A stretch of DNA of 62,427 nt from Octopus bimaculoides. Lineage: Eukaryota. Under the pieces are notes generated by a model. It did not search any database. It was given only the letters and a program-made list of their open reading frames with translations, and was not told where the DNA came from. The translations under genes were made by a program, and so were the position numbers. Shown here one piece after another: positions 53,519 to 62,427 of the stretch; the first letter of the stretch is position 1; each line of letters begins with the position of its first letter. The stretch lies in contig NC_069005.1 in NCBI RefSeq assembly GCF_001194135.2, positions 23,339,323 through 23,401,749 on the forward strand, in the 5' to 3' direction.

Positions 53519-54264
53519 GGTGTTGGTTTCAGTCACTGAGCTGCGGCCATGTTGGAGCACTGCCGTGAAGGGTTCTACTCCAACATAGCAATTATTACAT
53601 CGAACCGTTCGTTAAGTTGCGGCTCAAGCACAAAGAATATAAACATACACGCATGACTATATACACACTTTGCATCTATTCCAGACACGAACACCACTGT
53701 GCGCGTGTGCGTGCGTATACAGTATACGGGTATGTATATACACATTAAACGTTAGTATGCACGACGTATGCTACGTGTGTCGATGAAGCATATGTATGTA
53801 TAATACACTTGTACACTGAGCCCATTTATATACATAACTTTTACATATAATGTATGCGCCTGTCTCTAATGATGGAGGTGTGTGTGTGTATGTATATGAT
53901 TATTATTATTATTATTATTAGTGACTTATTTACAGAATTAATCAATTGCGGTTCTTAGTGGTCATGTTCATAACTTGGAGTAAAACTAGTCGCCAACGAA
54001 ATAACACTACTCAGAAGTACACATGAAATATACACACGCAATATACATACATTAATTGTGTGTGTGTGTGTGGTGAAGTGCGTATGATAAAAGCAAAGAT
54101 TGAAATAGGGGAAACTATATGCAGAGACAAAGACACGTCCAGCCTAGAAATATCGGTTCGTTCTACCCGCATCTCAGCCTCTACGTGCAAGCTTGATTCA
54201 CTAGAAATGAGAGCCAGATCTCCATCAAATTACACCTTACACAAATTACGCCCTCACAGTTCCA

Positions 54265-54380
54265 ACAATTGCCAGTGTCGGACAAAATGGCAGTGATATC
54301 TAGTTGCTCCTTTACGTTCCGAGTTCAAATCGTGCCGAGATCAACTTCGCTACTCACTTTTCCAAGACCGATAAAATAAA
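54265..54380 (+). mobile_element. SINE family B fragment
   Basis: TTCCGAGTTCAAATCGTGCCGAGATCAACTTCGC. Confidence 0.7.
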
Positions 54381-54650
54381 GACGGCACGGTCACGAAATG
54401 GAAATACCTTCGATCGATGGCCTGGAGCTAAGCAACAAATACCAAGATAAGGTTACTAACTTTCTAGAGTGAGTGAGGATCGTATAGGTTTTCTCCTAAA
54501 TTTCCAACCCGATAATCACCGGGTTACCTTATTATCTAAATGTAAGTTTTTAAGGGTCATTTAAGACACCCAAGGATACGAAGCTACAGAAAGTAAAAAC
54601 TCCAAATGTTCTGACAGTGAATATTCACCGGGACAGATCGCGAAAAACGA

Positions 54651-54695
<45 letters not shown>

Positions 54696-55035
54696 AGAAG
54701 GGCCCAACAGAAAAGTAAAACTAACCTGGTCCCTTTCTCTGTTCACGAAACTATTGTATATAAAAACAGTGTTTATATATGGCTATAAATACAGTGTTAG
54801 TCAAAATCTAGATTTACCCTGTATAATATGGATTGAAACAATAACGCCCAACACATCTCTCTATCCATCCATCCATCCACTCGCACATATATGTTGTATG
54901 TATGTATGTATGCAACTGCGTGAGTGTGCGTACGTGTTGAAGAGAGACAAGACGAGTCCATGTTTATAATGCGGGCAAGCTGCTGGTAAGGTACTTAAGG
55001 TAGATAAGACGGTAAATAATAAAGGACGGTTGTAG

Positions 55036-55047
55036 CTTACTCACCTT
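55036..55047 (-). other. Strong 5' splice donor AAG|GTGAGTAAG
   Basis: Plus strand CTTACTCACCTT; upstream sequence on minus has no open ATG frame, so a UTR exon if real. Confidence 0.35.
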
Positions 55048-55183
55048 GTTATAAGTATTTTCAAACTAAAGGTTATTTCTTTTAAGGAATGAGAGAGTAC
55101 CTAACAGAAATAATACCGCTCTCACGTTGCCAGCACGGATGTTGCGACCTTCATGCTATTCTACAACACTCCACTAGGAACAC

Positions 55184-55217
<34 letters not shown>

Positions 55218-55828
55218 CGGAGTTGGTTTACCAACTGAAAGGACAAGAGTATCTTAATGGTATTTTATATTGATCGACTCCAGAGTAAGAAGGTGAAGTG
55301 GTCCTTAGCCGCTGGGTTTCGTTCCAGCATTTACAAATCGTGAGCCGGCGAAAGAAAAACACCTTGTTTTATATAATAGTCTGGTGCTGTACATATATGT
55401 ATAATCCAGGGTGACATCGTCATGTACATTACTCCACTGTTGTTTATATAATATCCGCGGTATATATATATATATTAGTTAGTTTTAGTTTTCCTCGAGT
55501 TATGTATGTGTAAAAGGAGAGACAGGAAGTTTGTGAACATTCTCGCTATTTTTCTGTAATTATCATTTTCCCTTTTCCTTAAAAGGGATTTAATCGACTC
55601 GACGACTTGATTACAGGCTGTAATGCCTGGACCGGTGGTGCCCCGGTGCTCCTCCTCCTAGTTGAGGTACGTGTTAGCCATGTCGACAGTCGAAGGTGGA
55701 ATGAAGTGAAGAGGCGCTGAGTATTAGGACAAGTGCGTGGAGGAAGAGGGAAAGATAGTAAAACTTCAAACCAAAGCAAGTTATGGTGAGAGAGAAAAGA
55801 CTGTGTGTGTGTGTGACTAAGTGAAGGC

Positions 55829-55836
55829 TGACGTCA
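55829..55836. promoter_or_regulatory. Perfect palindromic CRE (TGACGTCA)
   Basis: Exact match within the CpG island, next to the GC-rich 55586-55780 segment; function untested. Confidence 0.4.
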
Positions 55837-57479
55837 CCTGACAACTTCGCTGCTCTGAATGAACATTGCAAAAATAACAGGAGTGACACACACACACACA
55901 CATCAACAAGGGAGTTGTCTCCAATCGGTCGCTAGAACGACTAGAAACAGCAGCCTAATTTTCCCCAAAATCCTACCCTGCCGCAGTGGATCTCTATGTA
56001 TATATATATATTGGACTTCGTGATAAACTACGGGTCAAAAAAAGAAAATTACTAACTCATATACTTAGAATGAAAAGTTAAAAAAGAAACTATTTTATAG
56101 TTAGAAATTTGGAAAAATACAGAAAACTACTGCTTGTTTTACCCATCATTGTATAAACATAGGTAACTTTAGTTTGGATTAGAAACAACATTAGTTTAGA
56201 TAAATCGTGCAAATAGCATTTTTTTAAAAACTTTGCGGCACACATACACAATCCCAACGGCGCAATGGTAGAGAGACCCTCTACCTTATAAGAAAGGATA
56301 CAGTATATTGAGCAGTCTGAGTCAGGTTATTCCAGGAAAATAAAATAATGACGAGATGGTCACGGTTCGAACATTTTTTATCGAAGATCTCTTCCAATAT
56401 AGTTGATTTGGGGCAAAACAACAACAATATCGATTGTAAGGACTGATTTTGTACTTTAAGATCGCAAATTATTGAACTGGGAGAAGGATGGCTTTTTTTC
56501 TGTGTTGGAGATAAATTTAGAAAGTGATTTATTAGTTTAAAAAATTCCAGATAAAATAATCCACGACTTAACAGGATTAATTACCAGCGAACGAGCGACC
56601 TGACACGCAAAAGGTACTGAGATGAGGATACGAAAATGAACCAAGCAATAAATACTTCAAAACATTAAATAAGATAGAATAAGTTAATACAAAGGAAGAA
56701 AAAGGTAGACCCGCTGATGGAAGGTCTCTGATCAGTTTGTTTTTTTGTTTTGTTTTTTTTTAGTCTGAACCGATGTGGAATTAAATAAACAACATTTGTA
56801 GGGAAATGTACAGAATCGGTTGCATGCAATACCCCTGAAATTGTCATCAATCTGCAACAGAACGGGTGTAAAATAAACCACAGCAAAGAATTGAACGCAT
56901 ATCTTAATCCCATTACTACTACTAAAGATTTCTTTATTGTTATAAGAGTGACAGCGGGTAAATTACAAAGCAAATATGGGATTGTGGTTAGTGTTGACTC
57001 TAAGAAGACCGGAACAACTTGACGACACTAAACTGATGTTCAGAATAAGAAAGTTTAAATACACAGAATGTTATACAAATGACACACATTGTCGACAAAA
57101 TACAGCGTGTATATATATGTACACACACACACACACACATAACCTTCGAAGGTGTAGAGGCTACCGTGAAACAATACTTTATTAGTTTAATATCTATCTC
57201 TGATCGCCAATAGTCACCAATTGTCTCTCGACAACATAACTAAACCCCATTTTTATATTTACTATAAACTGGAAAGTCATTCTCATTTCGTTCTTTTTCT
57301 TTTTTTTTTTTTTCAATTCTTCGTCATCGAAGCCAGTTTTCTTTCAAATACATTTCCCAAGTGCTTCCGCGAATAACAGCACCGCAAAATGTATTCATTA
57401 TTTGAATTAATATAATTTAGTTACACCCGAGGTAGGGAGGTGTGTGTGTGTGATATAACGTCCGTCTTCTTAGCTGTCG

Positions 57480-57650
57480 TGTGGGTTTGACAGTTTCCGA
57501 CAAGATCTGGCGAATCATAGGACTGCGTCATGCTCCAGTGTCTTCCTTGGTATGGTTTCTACGGCCAAATGCCCTTCCTAACACCAACCACTTTACGGAG
57601 TACGCTAGGAGCTCTTTCTTTTTTTTTTTCTTCCGTGGCACCAACACTGA
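57480..57650 (-). mobile_element. Family D-related copy
   Basis: GGTTTCTACGGCCAAATGCCCTTCCTAACACCAACCACTTTAC. Confidence 0.7.
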
Positions 57651-57957
57651 AGATCACCTAGCAACTTGCAAGTCTAAACTAATCTTTTATAACCGAGTGA
57701 GAAGACACTAAAAAGGGTGCGAGGAGGAAGAAGGGTAAAACAAGAAGAGAGGAACAGATTTAGATTTGTAATGGATGGTAGTGGAGAGTGTGATACAGTG
57801 GACATTAAATGTGAGAAGGAGAATGGCAGGGAAGAGGGGAGAAGGAAGGATTAATGTCAGTTGGTACTGAGAAGGCATGGTACAGGTGGAAAGATGATTA
57901 ATATGTATATAATGTTGTGTGGAAAAGTTGAATAGGTTCTAATTTCACCTTCTTTTG

Positions 57958-58749
57958 TTAACGCTTTCGTTACCATATTTCTGTTAAAATACACTGCTTC
58001 TCTTTTAATTAATTTTGAAACTGGTGCACGGTTTAGTATAATTACTTTATCGTTATTAACTCGGTGTTCGGAACTTAGACCTTTAGCATTTAAACTGGCA
58101 ATATCCAGCCAAAGTGAAGGTGCATGACTCAGTGGTTAGGGTGTCGAGTTTACGATCGTGAGATTGTGAGTTCGAATCCCGGACCGGGCTGCATGTCATG
58201 TTCTTGAGCAAGACACTATTTTACGTTGCTCTAGTTCACTCAGCTATAGAAATGAGTTGCGACGTCACTGGTGCCAAGCTGTATCGGCCCCTTTGCCTTT
58301 CCCTTGGAAAACACTGGTGGCATGGAGGGGCGAGGCCGGTATGCATAGGCGACTGCTGGCCTTCCATAAACAACCTTGCCTGGACTTGTGCCTGGGAGGG
58401 TAACTTTCTCGGTGCAATCCCATGATCAGTCATGACCGAAGGGGGTCTCAGCATCCAGCCAAAATATTCTACCTGTTTTATGTTCAAGCTGGCCAGATCA
58501 GGCCTCTCCTACCAAACCTACAGTGTCGTTCCAAAACTAAACAATCACATCAACAAAATCTCAAAGCTATGAGACAAAGCATGATTAATTCACAACAACG
58601 TGAATAAATAAACATTTGATTAGAGTGCTAAATCATTAAATTTTTCATAGAATTTTGAGGGAAGATTTGAATTTAAATCACTTTAAAACAGGGAGCATAC
58701 ATCATAGAACTAGGAATGGTCCCAGGTGGGTTGGTAATAAAAGGGTTAG
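57958..58749 (-). mobile_element. Nested MITE F containing MITE E (about 58079-58640)
   Basis: F halves rejoin at the TTAA-derived site occupied by E. Confidence 0.75.
58114..58452 (+). mobile_element. SINE family C inside MITE E, 11-bp TSD
   Basis: ATCCAGCCAAA at 58103-58113 and 58453-58463. Confidence 0.9.
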
Positions 58750-59013
58750 AAATTTCTTGTAACTGTGTAGCAGACTCTTATACTTTGTAAAAATACAGTT
58801 CCCAAATTCATTTTTGACTTCATCTCAGAATATGGAGTAGTTAGGGCTTCTTGTGCTGTTCACAAGTTAAAGCATTAGTTTTACGTCATCAGATTTGCAT
58901 GTGACGTTAATTGTAGCTTGTTATCATCATTACCATCATCATTTAATGTCAAATTTCCATGGTGGTATAGGTTGGACAAACCTTGTCTTGCAATATTATT
59001 AGTGCTACCATAA

Positions 59014-59228
59014 AACGGCGAGCTGGCAGAATCATTAGCACACTGGACAAAATGCTTAGCTGTATTTCGCCCATCACTATGTTCTGAGTTCAAATTCCGC
59101 CGAGGTCAACTTTGCTTTTCATCCTTTTGGGGTCGATAAAATAAGTACCAGTTGAACACTGGGAATGATGTAACCGATCCATCCCCTACCCCAAAACTGC
59201 TGCAAATCTTGAGGCAAAATTTGAAACC
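59014..59228 (+). mobile_element. SINE family B, full length, 19-bp TSD
   Basis: ATTATTAGTGCTACCATAA at 58995-59013 and 59229-59247. Confidence 0.92.
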
Positions 59229-59282
59229 ATTATTAGTGCTACCATAATCAATTGTCAGTTTCTGTGAGGGAATTCTATAAAG

Positions 59283-59350
59283 CAATGGTTCTCAACCAAT
59301 TTTTGCCTATGAATCCCCTTTGATTCTTATTTTACTCTCCTGAACCCTGT
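59283..59350 (+). mobile_element. hAT-type MITE left end (a second copy at 60207-60300)
   Basis: CAATGGTTCTCAACC / CTGTGATTCTCAACC followed by shared CCCTTTGATT..TATTTTACTCT. Confidence 0.6.
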
Positions 59351-59614
59351 TCAATGTATATATATTCAATGTATACATATATATATAGCTATTCAATGTA
59401 TATATANNNNNNNNNNNNNNNNNNNNNNNNNNNNNNNNNNNNNNNNNNNNNNNNNNNNNNNNNNNNNNNNNNNNNNNNNNNNNNNNNNNNNNNNNNNNNN
59501 NNNNNNNNNNNNNNNNNNNNNNNNNNNNNNNNNNNNNNNNNNNNNNNNNNNNNNNNNNNNNNNNNNNNNNNNNNNNNNNNNNNNNNNNNNNAAATTCCTA
59601 CTGTATCTTTATAA

Positions 59615-59830
59615 TTAAATCAACATCCTCATCATTTGCTTTCCACGCTGGTATGGGTTGGATGGTTTGATGGGATCTAGCAAGCTGGAGAGATGCACCA
59701 GATTCCAATTCGATTTGGCTTGGTTTCTATGGCTGGATGCCCTTCCTAACACCCAACTACTTGTATTAGACGCTTTCAATGTGGCTCCAGTACAAGACTT
59801 GAATCTAACCGAATTTTCAGATTTGTCACT
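59615..59830 (-). mobile_element. Family D copy
   Basis: GGTTTCTATGGCTGGATGCCCTTCCTAACACCC. Confidence 0.8.
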
Positions 59831-60310
59831 TGCACTTATACAGTCAAATTTATAAATTACATTGGTCAAATGCAGTGTTTTTTTTTCTTTTTTTTTTATC
59901 AGGTTTACATGCTTTTGATGTTAAATATGAAAGTTTTTGATCATATTGTTTTTTTGTAATAACTATCAGCTTATTGTTTGAAGTGACTCATTTTGTGTTA
60001 GGCTTAACGAGATTTTTGCACCAGGTATGCATTAGACTCATTTAATGCCCTTAATGTGTAATGTATATTTTAGAAAGGGAAACCATCAAATAATGTATTT
60101 GTTGCATTGTATTTGTCTGCATTTATCAGTAACTCGGTTGACTAAGTCTGTTTGAATATCCATTGTTAACTAATATTTGTATTATTCTGTGGATTTCTTT
60201 ATCTAGTGCTGTGATTCTCAACCATTTTTGTATCTAAGGACCCTTTGATTACTATTTTACTCTGCTGGAACCCCACAGCCTCTCAATGTCTAAAAATTCG
60301 TTTTATACTT

Positions 60311-61135
60311 TTTTACTCTTTTACTTGTTTCAGTCATTTGACTGTGGGCATGCTGGAGCACCGCCTCTAGTCAAGCAAATCGACCCCAGGACTTGTTCTT
60401 TGTAAGCCTAGCACTTATTCTATCAATCACCTTTTGCCGAACTGCTAAGTTGTGGGGGACGTAAACATACCAGCATGTCAATCAATGTTGGGGAGACAAA
60501 CACAAACACACATATATATACATATACATATATACGACGGGCTTCTTTCAGTTTCCATCTACCAAATCCACTCACAAGGCTTTGGTCGGCCCAAGGCTAT
60601 AGTAGAAGTAACTTGCCCAAGGTGCCACACAGTGGGACAGAACCCGGAACTGCGCCTATAGATAATGCAGTACCTAAAACAGATTCATATTCATTATTAT
60701 TGGAGCAACAGGATATGTAGCAACCCGTCTGGATAAAATGTGGCTGAACATGGATTATCAGAGAAAGAAAATACCATAAGAGATGATCATACTAAAACAA
60801 TGAAATCCTGAAAGATATTAACATTTAAAGGATCAAATGGTAATCCAAAAGAGGAACAAGAAATTTTTCTTTAACACTTTGCCACTCAACAGGTTGACCA
60901 ATCAAAATATGGTCTAACACACCTTGTGCATGCACACGCATACACACACACACACACACACACACACTCATAGAGTAGGCTTCTTTCAGTTCATGTCAAC
61001 CAAACCTATTCACAAAGCTTTGGTCAGCCTGACCCCATAGTTGAAGGCACTCGATGAAAATTGCCATACAGTGGGACTCAAACCAAAACCACATGGTTGC
61101 GAAGTAAACATTTCAACCACAAAGCCACATCTTGC
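60311..61135 (-). mobile_element. SINE family A (60311-60660) and a second head (60975-61135)
   Basis: Family motifs. Confidence 0.85.
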
Positions 61136-61379
61136 CTTTACCACATGTACCTACAAAGCACACACACACACGACAGGGAGATGGTTAAGGAGCAAACTTT
61201 TACCATCATCAAATGAACAAACTCTTTTCCTTTTAAGATATAGAAAATACATGTTGAACAGCCTCAACATAACAAGAAACTTTCTTATTTCAATCAGGTA
61301 CATAGAATAATAATAGCATATATTATATTCTACGTTGGAAGAGTAACTCTTCTTCCTGTTCTTCTTCGCTGAGGATAAA

Positions 61380-62100
61380 TAATGGATTTCCAAGCAGAAG
61401 ATATGTGCCACCATCAAGTTTTTCATAAAGGATGAATATTCAGGCTGTCTAACATTAAAAAAAAAAGCAAAAAGGTGTTTTATGAAGATGACACCATTGA
61501 TGAACAATGTACACAAATGGATGAAGGAGGAACCAGCACTAAAGGCAAACCAGAGGGAAATTTGTAAGTGCAAGCACCAACATGATTCTACAGCAAGTGA
61601 ACAAAGTGATTCACATGGATAAACGAGTCGCAATCTGGGAGCTTGTTGTACAACTGGGCTGTGGTCAAAATACATTAAAGAAGATGGTGAAAAACTTTGG
61701 GCCTTGAAACTGTGGGCAACTTGAGTACTTCAGGAGCTGATACTTGATTGAAGGAGAGAAGTTTGAAAGTCATCTCTGATCTACTGGAAATATTTGAAGC
61801 CAATGAAGACAGGTTCCCCCCCCACCACCACCATCTAGTGACAGGAGATAAAATATGGGTATATCTTTTTTTTTTTTTTCTCGTTGATTTCACGGTTGTG
61901 AAGAAGTGAATCAAACAGTGTACAGCTGAACTTTTTCAAAGACGATTTGGGAGTAGGGTTCAATGATGGCTCAAATGCATCAGAGAGTATGTTCTGTCGT
62001 ATCTTTGCATAGAGGAAAGGTTATTCTATCAATGTGTGCGATTTGAATGAGCTGTGTCAGTTAATAAAAAAGTTATGCCCACTTTGACATTACTTTTGCT
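61380..62100 (+). pseudogene. Degraded mariner transposase remnant
   Basis: ICATIKFFIKDE (HTH start), VNKVIHMDKRVAIWELVVQLG (DRR motif), LVTGDKIWVY at 61835-61864 (~IVTGDETW); stops and frameshifts; TIRs not identified. Confidence 0.75.
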
Positions 62101-62170
62101 CTAACCTTTGTGTGTGTATACACACACACACATATATACATACATATATACATATACATACATATATATA

Positions 62171-62427
62171 CTCTTTTACTCTTTTACTTGTTTCAGTCAT
62201 TTGACTGCGGCCATGCTGGAGCACCGCCTTTAGTCGAGAAATCGACCCCAGGACTTATTCTTTTGTAAGCCTAGTACTTATTCTATCGGTCTCTTTTTGC
62301 CGAACCGCTAAGTTACGGGGTCGTAAACACACCAGCATCGGTTGTCAAGCGATGGTGGGGGGACAAACACAAACACACAAGCACACATACATATATACAT
62401 ATATACGACGGGCTTCTTTCAGTTTCC
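62171..62427 (-). mobile_element. SINE family A, young copy, cut by the window end
   Basis: Retains CpGs that are decayed in other copies. Confidence 0.92.

Larger units (their letters stand above)
51100..58500. promoter_or_regulatory. CpG-retaining island, candidate promoter region
   Basis: CpG visibly frequent here and sparse on both flanks (by eye, not computed). Confidence 0.5.

Noticed and set aside
58114-58190. tRNA-like sequences (also 19582, 28409, 49533)
   Set aside because: A/B boxes are present, but there is no complete cloverleaf and each runs into a SINE body; these are not tRNA genes.
59903-60024. Plus-strand AG...GT bounded 122-nt segment
   Set aside because: Stops in all frames; it could be a UTR exon, but nothing in the sequence supports it beyond splice-like motifs.

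Overview
AT-rich, repeat-dense animal DNA from a gapped draft assembly (13 N-runs). The SINE families, piggyBac-type MITEs, RTE-type LINE fragment and extreme microsatellite load look like an octopus genome (inference; family names are from memory and need a Dfam/Repbase check). No host protein-coding gene can be called with confidence; most ORF-track entries are N-runs, microsatellites, TE fragments or chance ORFs. Supported content: three tRNA-derived SINE families, a (GAT)n-tailed RTE-linked retroposon family with a young subfamily, TTAA-flanked piggyBac-type MITEs, hAT and Tc1/mariner-type MITEs, a degraded CR1/Jockey-group LINE, a degraded mariner transposase, and Penelope-like element (PLE) pieces including a GIY-YIG endonuclease C-terminus. 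Most interesting signals: (1) several hammerhead-ribozyme-like motifs in unrelated PLE-type repeats, the cleanest at 46080-46116 (minus) with a non-canonical core; (2) a CpG-retaining island at about 51.1-58.5 kb with a perfect CRE, an ETS-like site and outward-facing splice donors, suggesting a promoter and possibly a head-to-head gene pair; (3) a SINE array whose spacers are homologous although the SINE tails differ. Most repeat boundaries are approximate (tens of bp); motif coordinates were counted by hand.
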